DNA of 64,000 bases from an uncultured Verrucomicrobiae bacterium (GTDB taxonomy: Bacteria > Verrucomicrobiota > Verrucomicrobiia > Chthoniobacterales > JAFAMB01). The notes below the pieces were generated by a model, which made no database searches, was not told the DNA's origin, and saw only the letters and a list, made by a program, of their open reading frames with translations. Positions 1 through 10,038 of the stretch are shown here, one piece after another. The stretch covers positions 32,001 through 96,000 of the forward strand of contig CAVXLD010000012.1 of assembly GCA_963762565.1 (NCBI GenBank). Direction: 5' to 3'. The first letter of the stretch is position 1; every line of letters starts with the position of its first letter. The translations under genes were made by a program, and so were the position numbers.

Positions 1-2363
1 GAACTATTCTTAATGTTCTGGACCGCGTAGTTGTACTGGTAACTGGCGTTCGCTTCGATATCGAGTTTGCCCCAGCCGTATTCTTTGGTGACGTAACTGG
101 CTCCGAAATCGATCCCATCAATAAGCACGGCGCCCAGGTTCACAAAAGGATCGTTAATATAATTGATCTCGCCATTCGGAAGACGTTGTACCAAGCCGGG
201 GAATTGACTTTCGTCATCCAGGACCTGTTGTGGATTCAACTGGCTGATCTGGTTGTGTAAGGAGATTTGAAACCAATCGACGTAAGCCGTGAACCCGTTG
301 GCCCATCCCCACCAGCTGTGCTCGGGATCGCTAGAGCCCGGCGTCCACACGGCTCCCGCGTAGTAACTGTATGAGGTTTCCGGTTCCAATGCCGGGTTGC
401 CCTGGACGTGGACGAAATAGGTTTGGGTTCCAAGCTGCGGATTTTTCGGATCCACTAGAGCGGCTTCTTCGACGAACGTGCCACTGTAGAGTTCCGGAAG
501 GCTGGGCGCGCGGTACCCTTCCGAGTAAGTAGTCCGCAACGTGAGATCGTCGAAAGGCTTGTAACGCAACAAAAACTTCGGCTTAGCCGCAGAACCGAAG
601 TCGCTGTACTGATCGTAACGTTCTTGGAGGACGACTTCCAAAAGACGCGCACCGGGAGCCGACCATTTATTGCCCAACAGCGGAATCGTCAATTCGGCAA
701 ACGCGCTTTCCACATAGCGCCGGGCGCTGGCGGTGCTTTGTGGGCCGCCGCTCCCGACAATGTTGCCATCTCGCGAGTTTGGGTCCGCGGTCGTTTCATA
801 AGCGTCATCTCGATACTCGGCGCCGCCGCCGACCGTGACAGTACCGGAAGGAAGATCAAAGAGATCACCACCGGCTTTAATCGCCCAAGTACTGAGTGAG
901 GTGCGTGCTTTTTCGTCAGCCGTCAGCCTCAGAGCATTCACGAGTGCGCCATTCGGATTTTGTACTGCGGAGAAATCGACAAACGGATTGTAGTAGGTAC
1001 CGACGAATCCAGGAAGCTGGCCATTGAGCGCCTCTTGCAAACCGGTCCGAGAGATTTGGTTATAACTGATTCTTTCTGCGTCAGTCTCTGAATACAGGTA
1101 ACTGGCATCCACAAACCAGTTATGCGGAAGTTGAATCGTGGCGCCAGTGATCGTTGTGATGGCGTCAACGGTGACAACTTGTTTTTGAGGCCCAAACTCT
1201 AGCAATGCATCGCCAATTGGTACTAACGGTTCACCCCACGGATTGTACGGATTGTTCGCCGGAATAGTGATGTTGTCGGTCTGGCTGGGACCGTAATCGG
1301 GAATTTCGCTATTCTCCTTGTTCCGTTCCAACGTCAGCTCTTCATAAAGTTTGAGCCAAGAAGTCGGTTCATAGTTGATCTTGATCAGGCCGCCGTAACG
1401 ATCTTCCCGAGGATTGATTTGGTAGTCTGCAACACTGCCGTATTCGTTCAACGGTGAGTTAGGCGCATAAAAGTTTTTCGTCGTGATGTTTGGCCCTTTG
1501 GTTCCGGGAATCACGGAGTAAGTGTTGCCGCTGTTTAAACCGAAGAAGTTGCCATACGGACTGTCGATGGTATCCCAGTCATAATAGGATCCTAAATTAG
1601 TGTGATCCAGGTTAGACGAATAACCGCGATCCGACATCATGATCGGGCTCGATTCGTAATAATCGAATGCGCCAAGGACACTGACCTTGGAGTTATCACT
1701 GAGGTGATCGACAATCCCGGAAACGACCTGTAGGTGATAGACCGAATAATCGTCCCGCTGGCTCACCCCATAGTGGAATAGGATATCCGCTCCTTCATAT
1801 TCGTCCTTGAGAATTAGGTTCACTACGCCTGCGACCGCATCGGAGCCGTAAGTGGCGCTTCCGCCGTCTTTCAGTACTTCGATCCGATCGACGGCTGCCA
1901 GCGGGTAGGAGTTAAGGTCAACAAAGCTTTCGGTGCCGTTTTGCGGAAACGGAAAGGGAGCGACCCGATGGCCATCCACCAGCGTCAACGTTTCTGCCGT
2001 ACCTAAGCCACGGAGATTGACATTGGATGCCGCCGGCGAAAAGCTTTGCCCGGCGTTAAGCGCGGGCGAGAAGCTGCTGAGGTTCTGCGGCAGCCGTTGC
2101 AGGACATCTGAGACGGTCTGGTCTCCTTGGTCTTTAAAGAACTGTTGGTCCAGAGTGACGATCGGCTGAGGACCATCTCCGATTCGCGGCACCAAGTAAC
2201 CGGTCACGGTCACTTGTTGTAACTCACTACTTTGCGGAGCAGCACTCTGGTCACTGGCGGGCGTGGGAGACGGGTTATTTTGTTGGGCTTGTGTGGTCCC
2301 CGCAACAGACAACAGGGCGGCAGCGATCGCGAAAGCGATTCGCCGGATGTTATAGCTTTTCAA
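1..2363 (-). CDS. TonB-dependent receptor (3'-partial, runs off window edge)
   Basis: Manual translation from TTG at 2363 (SD AAGGAG upstream): signal peptide MKSYNIRRIAFAIAAALLSVAGTTQA, TonB-box-like LQQVTVTG, plug motifs NVNLRGLG..TLTLVDGHR and AVDRIEVLKDGGSATYGSDAVAGVVNLI, barrel motifs YSEGYRAPSLPELY and GNPALEPETS; open to position 1. Confidence 0.93.
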   Translation of the reverse strand, partial: MKSYNIRRIAFAIAAALLSVAGTTQAQQNNPSPTPASDQSAAPQSSELQQVTVTGYLVPRIGDGPQPIVTLDQQFFKDQGDQTVSDVLQRLPQNLSSFSPALNAGQSFSPAASNVNLRGLGTAETLTLVDGHRVAPFPFPQNGTESFVDLNSYPLAAVDRIEVLKDGGSATYGSDAVAGVVNLILKDEYEGADILFHYGVSQRDDYSVYHLQVVSGIVDHLSDNSKVSVLGAFDYYESSPIMMSDRGYSSNLDHTNLGSYYDWDTIDSPYGNFFGLNSGNTYSVIPGTKGPNITTKNFYAPNSPLNEYGSVADYQINPREDRYGGLIKINYEPTSWLKLYEELTLERNKENSEIPDYGPSQTDNITIPANNPYNPWGEPLVPIGDALLEFGPQKQVVTVDAITTITGATIQLPHNWFVDASYLYSETDAERISYNQISRTGLQEALNGQLPGFVGTYYNPFVDFSAVQNPNGALVNALRLTADEKARTSLSTWAIKAGGDLFDLPSGTVTVGGGAEYRDDAYETTADPNSRDGNIVGSGGPQSTASARRYVESAFAELTIPLLGNKWSAPGARLLEVVLQERYDQYSDFGSAAKPKFLLRYKPFDDLTLRTTYSEGYRAPSLPELYSGTFVEEAALVDPKNPQLGTQTYFVHVQGNPALEPETSYSYYAGAVWTPGSSDPEHSWWGWANGFTAYVDWFQISLHNQISQLNPQQVLDDESQFPGLVQRLPNGEINYINDPFVNLGAVLIDGIDFGASYVTKEYGWGKLDIEANASYQYNYAVQNIKNS

Positions 2364-2479
2364 TCAGATCTCCTTGGTTGGAACAAAGTCCGTTTTTGTT
2401 GGTTAAGGTGGCTAAATGGAGGCCCGCAGCTGAGAGTTACCGGGTCTTCCGCTGCGGGAAACGGAAATCGTTATAAATA

Positions 2480-2498
2480 ACTGGACTAATTGTCCAGT
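2480..2498. promoter_or_regulatory. Palindromic putative transcription-factor operator upstream of TonB receptor
   Basis: ACTGGAC-TAATT-GTCCAGT, perfect 7-bp arms, ~120 bp upstream of the receptor start. Confidence 0.5.
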
Positions 2499-2866
2499 CA
2501 TCTAGGGATATGACGGCGGATTTGAACACTTTTTTTCTGGGTTGGTGACCTCAGACAGACCGGTTTTCAGGAGGCGATTTCCATCGTATGTTCAAGTTAA
2601 GGCTACTGATTCAGTAGGGAAGAAATAGGCCCGCGTCAAGTCCCTGTTGAGAGCAGCTAGATAAGTGACTAATCACCATCGAGAAATAGGGTTTGCGTTC
2701 TTAAGTTAAATTGCCGCATCGAATACTGCTGTAATCAAGGGTACGACGAACGCATCAAACCGATTGGGACATCTAAATTCGGTCTAGCAGATCGATTGAA
2801 ACGCAGTTTGATAGAGCCGCGACTTGTCCGATGTAGCTAAAGGGGGAGATGGGGCGAAGTCGGAAG

Positions 2867-3113
2867 CGCCGGGAGGGATTGCGTCCTCGCGATCCGTCGT
2901 GACCGAAACCGGGGACGTGTTTTGATCCCGGAAGAAAATACGCCGCTGGGTGGTGGTACGCCCTCGCGGCGCGCGAGGACGCGCTCCCTCCCCGAATCCC
3001 GGCCCGCCAACGCGGGGTTGGAGATGCTTTTTCAGTGCGGTTTCGCTGCCCGACTAACCCACGGCGGAAGCCCTGCGCTATTATGTATAGCCGCTTCGCG
3101 GCAAAATCCGACA
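2867..3113. repeat. ~245-bp composite palindromic repeat, copy 1
   Basis: Aligns by eye with 41053-41305 (shared GCGTCCTCGCGATCCGTCGTGACCGAAAC..GGGGACGTGTTTTGATC and TGTATAGCCGCTTCGCGGCAAAATCCGACA). Confidence 0.9.
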
Positions 3114-3140
3114 CACACCCAAGCCGAGAATCCTGCGCAT

Positions 3141-3975
3141 TTAAGTCAGCTCGACGCCGCTGAAGCGCAGAGCACGCGCGTCGCGAGCGACGATATTGTT
3201 CATCTCCTTGCTCAAGCAAATCGCGGTCATCGACGCCGCGCAGCAATCTTCCCGCAAGCGCATCAAAACGCCCCGCGGCAATATCGGCGATCAATGCGGC
3301 AGCGCGCGTGGGCGGGATGTTCACCCCGTCGTCAAAGAGTTGCTGAAGCTCAGGCAAATAGGTTTTACCTGCTTCGGAGAAAAGCTGCAGCTCGGTCATC
3401 GACGTACGCACCAGACCCGGATCGACCGCGAAAGCCAGCACCCCGCGATCTTTGGTCGTATCGTTGAGACATTCAGTAAAGCGCATGATCGCCGCTTTGC
3501 TGGACGCATAACCCGATCCGTGCGGAAAGCTGTTACCGGTGCCACCGCCGACTAGGTTGACGATTCGGCCCTTACCGCGAACGACCATTGTCGGCGCAAC
3601 CGCGCGACAGGTGTGGAATGTGCCACGTAGATTGATCTCTACATCCTGCCACCAGATATCGGGATCGCATTCCCAAATTGGGCCGAAGGCTCGGAAAGAG
3701 CCATGGTTATTGACGAGCAAGTCAATTGCACCCAGTTCCGCCACCACCCGGCCGAGCGCATTCTCGACAGCGAGACGATCGACAAGATCTACGGGAATAG
3801 CGATCGCTGACCCGCCTTCGCCGGCGATGAGCGAAGCCGTCTCTTCAATTTCGTGTGCCGTTCGCGCCAACACAGCGACCTTAGCGCCACGCTGCGCTTG
3901 ATGAAGCGCGATCTCGCGCCCGATCCCCCGCCCAGCTCCCGTGACCACCGCAACCGTGCCTTTTAGATCAATCAT
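3141..3975 (-). CDS. SDR family NAD(P)-dependent oxidoreductase (frameshift near 3208; true stop ~3141)
   Basis: TGAGRGIG, NNHG, YASSK motifs; alternative frame reads EMNNIVARDARALRFSGVELT* giving a normal SDR length, whereas the 400-aa ORF runs into the repeat. Confidence 0.88.
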
Positions 3976-4149
3976 GAAAATCTCCTTCGCAATTCTGTTC
4001 TAGACATATTCCAGGATATGCCGGCGAAGAAAAGCTCTGCCTGAACTCCCTTCTAGATAGCGCGCTAAATGACGGGCGCGATCTTCAGAAGGAATGCTGA
4101 AGATCGCTGCAAAACGTCACGGATATTTTAAGGGGCTACGCCTGGCCGG

Positions 4150-6690
4150 CTACGGCGCCGTCACCGTGAACACGACGCCGCCAACGCCATGCCCCCCAGA
4201 AAAGGTCGTGCCATAGAGGTTGCCGCTCGGATCCTGGATTAAGGCCCCGTTGGGACCAACGCCGCCCCGGTCGTACAGCACGTTGAAGCTGTGGAGCACA
4301 GTGACGTTCCAGACCGTCCCGCTTAGGGGTGCGGTCAGCTTGAATACTGCGCCCCAGTTGAATGCGCCGCCTTGCGGTGTCACGCCATAAAAGCCGTCAG
4401 TGCCCGCGAGCAGACCGACATTGGGATCAAATCCGTCAGTGCCGTTGAAGCTGTGAAGCAAAACCTCGATCCAAGCCGCCCGCGCACCGTCCGGCGGGAT
4501 AAGTTTGAAGACCGTGCCGTCACCGTAAAGGCCGCCTTGGCTTGTCGTGCCATACAGCGCGCCGGAGGCATCAGCAACCAATTGCTCCGCTCCGGGAATG
4601 GCTCCGTCGTTGCCGTTAATATCGTTGAAGCTGTAGAGCACGGTCTCCGTCCATTGGCCGCCCGGATTGGCCGGCGGCGTCAGCTCGAAGACCGTACCTT
4701 CACCCGCCGATCCGCCGACATAGGTCGTGCCGTAAAGCTCGCCGTTCTTGCCAAGCAGGAATGATCCGTGCGGGGCGGAACCGTCCGGACCCGAGAAGCG
4801 ATAAATGATGGTCGCGGTCCAGGCATCCTGGCCCTTTACCGGAGGAGTCAACTTGAACACGGTGCCATTGCCCTCCTGGTCGTTGCTGGTTGCGATCCCG
4901 CCCTGGCTTGTCGTGCCGTAGAGCGCGCCGCTCGTATCGGCAATCAAGCCACCTTGCGGAAAGGCGCCGTCGGAATTAGCCACGCCAGTGAAGGGGTAGA
5001 GAATTTTCTCGGTCCAAGCCTCGTGGCCGTCGCTCGGAGGCGTCAACACATAGACCGTGCCGTAGCCGCCGATAGCGCCGCCGAACGGTCCGCCGGCAGT
5101 GGTCACGCCATAGAGCGCGCCGTCGTTGCCTTCCACCATCGGGCCGGTGGCCTGGGAGCCGTTCGCGCCGTTGAAGCTGTGGATCACCGTCTCATGCCAA
5201 GCGGTTTCACCGGCTGCGGGCGGGGTTAGTTTGAAGATCGCGCCGTGATTGTGGGTGCCGCCGCTGCTCGTGCCGCCAAAAAGCGTGCCGTCACTTCCCC
5301 TCAGCAATGCGCCGGCCGGATACTCCGCATCGTTCCTGGTGTCGGGAAACCGGTACAGTATTTTGTAGCCCCAAGCGGAGGCACCTTCTCTCGGCTGCGT
5401 CAGCTTGAAGACGATCCCGCCGTTGCCGTCCTGGGTACCCCCGTCATAGGTCGTGCCGATGAGCGTGCCGCCCCCGTTGAGGACCAACCCGATCGGGTTG
5501 GCGCCGTTCGTCCCGTCGAAGTTAACCAGAGTCGCCTCAGTCCACGCCGACTGCCCTGGCGCCGGCGGAGTCAGCGCGAACACCGTGCCGTAGCCGTTGC
5601 TGTTGAAATTGTTGGTCCCGTACACCGTCCCATCGGAACCGAGGACGGGGGTGTTGTCTGGCGAGCCGCCATCGGCGCCGCCGGTGAAGCTGTAGAGCAC
5701 GTTCTCCGACCACGCGGTCTGACCCGCGACCGGCGGTGTGAGCGAAAAGATCGTTCCCCAACCGGATGTTCCGCCGGCGAAGGTCACGCCATAGAGGATT
5801 CCATTTCCATCGCGTACTAGTCCGCCATTCGGGAAGCTCCCGTTCGGAGCCCCGGCAAAATTGTATAGTATGGTCTCGCTCCAGGCTCCCCCACCGTTTG
5901 CGGGCGCTGTCAGACGATAGACCGTTCCGGCGCCGTTCGTGCCGCCAGCCGATGTCATGCCGTAGATTGTTCCTGTGTCGTCGCGGACCAGGCCGTTCGT
6001 CGGGCTAACGCCGTCCGGGTTGCCGTGGAAGGTGTACAGCACAGCCTCGGCCCACTCTTTCTGGCCGGCAGCCGGTGGAGTCAGGCTGAACACCACGCCG
6101 GCGTTGGCCGATCCGCCACCGACGGTCGAACCATAAAGAATGCCGTTCCCATCGGCGATCAGCGTGCCGTAGGGCGCGATCCCGTCGCTGCCGCCCTCGA
6201 AGTTGTAGAGGATGGTCTCAGTCCAGTTCCCCTGCCCTGAAGCAGGCGGGGTCAACATGAAGACCACGCCATAGCCGGCAGTGCCGCCATTTCCAGTAAC
6301 ACCATAGAGAACGCCATCCTTGCCCAGCATGAGTCCGGAGGAAGGCGTAGAACCGTCGGGCGGACCGGTGAATGTATGGATGACTTTCTGGCTCCAGCCC
6401 GACTGCCCGGCCGCCGGCGGGATCAGCTCGAAGACCGTCCCGTTCCCTGAGGCGCCACCAACATCGGTCGTTCCGTAGTAGACGCCGTTGAGGCCGGGGG
6501 TCAGTGCTGCCTGCGGCTGATCGCCGGTGCGGATGACATTGAAATTGTACAGAACAGATTCGATGGGGGCGGCCGGTGCGGTCTGTGCCCCTACGGTGAT
6601 CGTTAACAGACAGCTCGCATAGGCGAGACGGAGAAACGAACTCGGCACGGTGGGGAAACCCCGGAATCGAAGACAACGGACGCTCTTCAT
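4150..6690 (-). CDS. Secreted GloVer (Gloeo_Verruco / choice-of-anchor tandem repeat) protein
   Basis: Signal peptide then about a dozen repeats of W-x-ETVLYSF-x-G-x-DG-x-P-x-G-x-L-x-G-x-LYGTT-x-GG-x-G-x-GTVFKLTPP. Confidence 0.9.
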   Translation of the reverse strand: MKSVRCLRFRGFPTVPSSFLRLAYASCLLTITVGAQTAPAAPIESVLYNFNVIRTGDQPQAALTPGLNGVYYGTTDVGGASGNGTVFELIPPAAGQSGWSQKVIHTFTGPPDGSTPSSGLMLGKDGVLYGVTGNGGTAGYGVVFMLTPPASGQGNWTETILYNFEGGSDGIAPYGTLIADGNGILYGSTVGGGSANAGVVFSLTPPAAGQKEWAEAVLYTFHGNPDGVSPTNGLVRDDTGTIYGMTSAGGTNGAGTVYRLTAPANGGGAWSETILYNFAGAPNGSFPNGGLVRDGNGILYGVTFAGGTSGWGTIFSLTPPVAGQTAWSENVLYSFTGGADGGSPDNTPVLGSDGTVYGTNNFNSNGYGTVFALTPPAPGQSAWTEATLVNFDGTNGANPIGLVLNGGGTLIGTTYDGGTQDGNGGIVFKLTQPREGASAWGYKILYRFPDTRNDAEYPAGALLRGSDGTLFGGTSSGGTHNHGAIFKLTPPAAGETAWHETVIHSFNGANGSQATGPMVEGNDGALYGVTTAGGPFGGAIGGYGTVYVLTPPSDGHEAWTEKILYPFTGVANSDGAFPQGGLIADTSGALYGTTSQGGIATSNDQEGNGTVFKLTPPVKGQDAWTATIIYRFSGPDGSAPHGSFLLGKNGELYGTTYVGGSAGEGTVFELTPPANPGGQWTETVLYSFNDINGNDGAIPGAEQLVADASGALYGTTSQGGLYGDGTVFKLIPPDGARAAWIEVLLHSFNGTDGFDPNVGLLAGTDGFYGVTPQGGAFNWGAVFKLTAPLSGTVWNVTVLHSFNVLYDRGGVGPNGALIQDPSGNLYGTTFSGGHGVGGVVFTVTAP

Positions 6691-6859
6691 AGGTAGTAGT
6701 GTGTTTTCCTCTCCAGCTTTTGGTGCGCCAGCCGCGAAATAGCAACGCCGGGCTCCATAGAGTCCTATTCCCGGAAAAAAACCAGGAAGTTGCGCGACTT
6801 TTTTCGACTACCGTAAAAAAAGACCGTGAAAGGTGAAAAAGAAGGGCGCTGTAAAACTG

Positions 6860-7067
6860 AATTTCACAGAAGATCACAGAGGCCGCAAAGACCAGACACT
6901 TTGAACAGAAGGAAAGGGAGGCAACAGAGGTAGCAGATCAATTACTGGGTAAAGCCTCATTCCAAGGAACCCTCCGTTACCTCCGTTACCTCTGTTACCT
7001 CCTGTTTAAAATCAGTCTTTGTGGCCTATCAGTCTTTGTGTCCTTTGTGACCCTTGTTGTGGAAATT
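6860..7067. repeat. Nested pairs of inverted REP-like repeats
   Basis: Outer arms AATTTCACAGAAGATCACAGAGGCCGCAAAGAC / GTCTTTGTGTCCTTTGTGACCCTTGTTGTGGAAATT; inner arms TTTGAACAGAAGG..CAACAGAGG / (CCTCCGTTA)2CCTCTGTTACCTCCTGTTTAAA. Confidence 0.75.
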
Positions 7068-7141
7068 CCCGTTTGGCTACTCCTTTGGGTGCTACCTTGC
7101 GTGCCCAACTTAAAATGCGTATGCTGTTTTTCTCCTTAAAT

Positions 7142-7490
7142 GGGGGCGTACTGGTTTCGACTGAAGGTCTGATAACCGGATCGCATGCCGAGGACGACTC
7201 GTTGGCCTCGTTAAAAATCGAGTCAAAAAAAATAAACGCCAACCAAGAACTGGCTCTCGCGGCTTAATTGACCGTGACGTTCCCGACCGGACGCCTGCTA
7301 AGGCCGGGAGCGACGACAGCAGGCTGGTCCGAAGGCGGGGCGACCGCGCTGGAGGACGAGAATTATTTCGTGGCCGCAAAGGTGAGTCGTATGCGCCGGT
7401 CCATCTGGCTCACCTTATAAAGACCGGCTAAGCATGTAGACATTCGGAATGATGGTCTTTAGGACAGGGGTTCGACTCCCCTCGCCTCCA
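7142..7490 (+). ncRNA. ssrA: tmRNA
   Basis: 5' GGGGGCGTACTGGTTTCGAC, internal tag frame (A)ANQELALAA*, 3' T-arm/acceptor ACAGGGGTTCGACTCCCCTCGCCTCCA pairing with the 5' end. Confidence 0.97.
7464..7490 (+). repeat. att core (ssrA-proximal) of integrative element
   Basis: 27-bp ACAGGGGTTCGACTCCCCTCGCCTCCA identical to 26026-26052. Confidence 0.95.
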
Positions 7491-7533
7491 AATTGCTCAG
7501 CGTAAGTAACTTACGTCGAAGATAAGACCTGAG

Positions 7534-7553
7534 TAATAACAAAACCAATAACA
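7534..7553 (+). promoter_or_regulatory. Putative integrase arm-type sites (left)
   Basis: TAATAACA (7534) and CAATAACA (7546), 12-bp period, matching the pair at 25911/25923. Confidence 0.6.
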
Positions 7554-8030
7554 AGTCCGGCCTCGTCCATTCTCATCCGCACACGCAGTCCAGCTGCACG
7601 CGGAGATGCATATTACAATTCCGACATGGTGCGGGGGTCCGAGGCGGATTATGTAAGGCAAGACTCGTTTGGCCTTACACAAAGTCGCTTGAAGCTATTT
7701 CGCTTTACACAAAGTGGGGCGTTTCTCCGCCCGACTTTCCGCCTCCCGCCCTTAGCTCACGTTTTGGTTTTGATTCTTGAGAGCGAGGAACGAGCGAGCA
7801 AGTAATCAAAAACAAAATACGGTGACCTTTCAGTGCGAAGCGGAAGCGAGCTCAAGCTCAAAACGGAATAAATGGGGGCAGCCCGTAGGGGGAACCGTTT
7901 ATGCCGGATTTGAGCGTTGAACTCGCTGGAACGGAGCGCTACGGCTGCGCTCCAACGCAGCACAAACAGCGCAAAGATTGCGCTATTCGTGTTGATGAGG
8001 GGTTTTTCCGCGATAAAATATATTCTGAGC

Positions 8031-8633
8031 ATGAAACGGTCTTCCAAAGACTCCGAAGCCAGACTTTTCGCCGTGGCGGAAACTCAAGGCGGCTTTTTCA
8101 CCGCCAAACAAGCTGAGGATGCGGGTTTCGATCGGACGCATCACGCTTATCACGTGCGGACGGGAAATTGGCTAAGGGAACACCGTGGTGTTTATCGCCT
8201 GACTCGGTTTCCCATGCCCGAACGTCCAGATCTAATCCTTTGGTCTCTTTGGTCTAGAAACCGGGATGATCAGGCTCAGGGTATTTACTCTCATCAAACG
8301 GCACTCAGCATTTACGATCTTTCCGATGTCATGCCGGCTAAATTGCACATGACGGTTCCTCGCAGCTTTCGCCGCAACGCGGAAATTCCCCCCATTCTGA
8401 TTCTCCACTACGATGACATTTCCGCCGACGAAGTAGAGGAACGAGAGGGGTACCGGGTGACTTCTCCGATCCGGACCCTCGTGGATGTCCGGCACGAGGT
8501 TTCCGACGAACTATTTTCACAAGCATTCAATGAGGCGAAAACACGCGGACTAATCACTGGCGCGGACGTCGAGCGTTACCGTGATAAACTGCCAGGTCTT
8601 GTTTCGGGCCGTAAACGTCTCAGAGCCGCGTGA
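8031..8633 (+). CDS. abiEi: Type IV TA antitoxin AbiEi family (N-terminal winged HTH)
   Basis: AETQGGFFTAKQA..G..REHRGVYRL, SHQTALSIYDLSD, RVTSPIRTLVD; overlaps the next gene (GTGA); TTGATG-16-TAAAAT upstream supports ATG at 8031. Confidence 0.88.
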   Translation: MKRSSKDSEARLFAVAETQGGFFTAKQAEDAGFDRTHHAYHVRTGNWLREHRGVYRLTRFPMPERPDLILWSLWSRNRDDQAQGIYSHQTALSIYDLSDVMPAKLHMTVPRSFRRNAEIPPILILHYDDISADEVEEREGYRVTSPIRTLVDVRHEVSDELFSQAFNEAKTRGLITGADVERYRDKLPGLVSGRKRLRAA

Positions 8634-9478
8634 AGGATCACCCTCGTCAATACGCCACGGCAGCTGCCTTTCGGGTAGCCCTGGAAACGCGGCTCAAATC
8701 AATAGCAACGGCCGAAGGCGTTGATTTGCAACGTCTGCGACGCCAGGTCTCCTTTGACCGTTTGCTTGCTCGCTTCTTTGAGAAACGCAATGCACCGTGG
8801 CTACTAAAGGGCGGCTATGCGATGGAATTGCGTCTCCGGACGGCGCGTACAACGAAGGATATTGACATTTCTCTGCCCGCTAACGCGGCCGCTGGACTTG
8901 GCGACGAAATCCTGGTGGAGTTGCAGCGAAGCGCACATGCCGACTTGGGAGACTTTTTTGCGTTCACGATTGCTGAGCCGCAAATGAATCTCGATTCTGC
9001 TCCCCAGGGCGGAGCACGGTACCAGGTGACAACCAGGGTTGCGGGCCGCCTTTTCACGAGATTTCAGCTGGATATCGGAATCGGCGACGCGGTTGTACCG
9101 CCAACAGAACTGATCGAAGGACGCGACTGGCTGGGTTTTGCCGGTATCGCTCCCGGAAGATTCATGGCGATTTCCAAGGAGCAGCAATTTGCCGAGAAAC
9201 TCCACGCTTACACTGTGCCGAGGGCTGATGCGCCGAACAGCCGGGTGAAAGATCTAGTAGATATGATCCTGCTGATTCAGATGGAGACAATGGACAGAGC
9301 CATTCTCGAGCAGGCAATTCAAACCACGTTTGAATTGCGCGGGACGCATGCTGTTCCTTCTATTTTACCGAAACCACCGGAATCGTGGATATCGCCATTT
9401 GATACCATGACGAAAGAATGCGGCCTCGAATTGACGTTGGCTGACGCCGTTCGGATCCTCACAACCTATCTTCACTGA
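8630..9478 (+). CDS. abiEii: AbiEii/AbiGii nucleotidyltransferase toxin
   Basis: WLLKGGYAM, RTTKDID, AEKLHAY, NSRVKDLVDM motifs of the DUF1814/AbiEii family; coupled to abiEi. Confidence 0.92.
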   Translation: MKDHPRQYATAAAFRVALETRLKSIATAEGVDLQRLRRQVSFDRLLARFFEKRNAPWLLKGGYAMELRLRTARTTKDIDISLPANAAAGLGDEILVELQRSAHADLGDFFAFTIAEPQMNLDSAPQGGARYQVTTRVAGRLFTRFQLDIGIGDAVVPPTELIEGRDWLGFAGIAPGRFMAISKEQQFAEKLHAYTVPRADAPNSRVKDLVDMILLIQMETMDRAILEQAIQTTFELRGTHAVPSILPKPPESWISPFDTMTKECGLELTLADAVRILTTYLH

Positions 9479-9795
9479 TAGTCGTGAACGCCAGAAAACG
9501 ATTTATCCATTTTAGGTGCTGCTCGATCAAATAGAGAGTGGTCGCTAACAGACTGTATTCCGTTCGTTGTAATGAAGGAGCTCGGCATCGATGATAGCTC
9601 AGCCTAGCGATCGCCATTTTGAGCAGGCCGGCTTTCGAATTCCGCTAAAAGACTAACTTTTTTCGTTTGACAGCTTTTCCGTCTCATTTGCTGCTAAACG
9701 GGTAGTTCACAAGAACTCACCAATACACATATCCGCTCTTTGAAGGTCGGAAAAACCTCCAAAACTGGCGCCAGGCGGTTTGCTATCTTGGGCTC

Positions 9796-10038
9796 ATGCT
9801 AACCACAGAAATCCGGCTGGATACTCATAGCGGTCCTGTCACGCTCAACCCGCGGTGGCTTCGAATACCGGCCGCGGTCAAATACTCGGGTCTTTCTAGA
9901 TCAAAGCTTTATGAATTGCTTTCGGAAGGACGAATTCGATCCATATGCGTAAGGTCACAAAAGGGAGCACAACGTGGAGTTCGTCTCATTGACAGAGAAT
10001 CGATCGATCTTTTCATGGAAAGCCAAGAGTTCGCTTGA
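9796..10038 (+). CDS. Excisionase/AlpA-like HTH protein (probable recombination directionality factor)
   Basis: WLRIPAAVKYSGLSRSKLYELLSEGRIRS..RGVRLIDRESIDLFM, typical Xis/HTH_17 pattern inside an integrase-bearing island. Confidence 0.8.
   Translation: MLTTEIRLDTHSGPVTLNPRWLRIPAAVKYSGLSRSKLYELLSEGRIRSICVRSQKGAQRGVRLIDRESIDLFMESQEFA

Noticed and set aside
2423..2460. Glycine or cobalamin riboswitch upstream of the TonB receptor
   Set aside because: Only a short AACTCTCAG resemblance; the other conserved aptamer elements are absent
2773..3140. Long C-terminal extension of the SDR
   Set aside because: Frameshift read-through into an intergenic repeat
6971..7010. Tandem 9-bp units here and at 34185-34212 as possible CRISPR
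   Set aside because: No repeat-spacer structure and no cas genes; they are arms of inverted repeats
7019..7267. 82-aa ORF ending ANQELALAA
   Set aside because: It is the tmRNA tag frame extended upstream, not a protein gene
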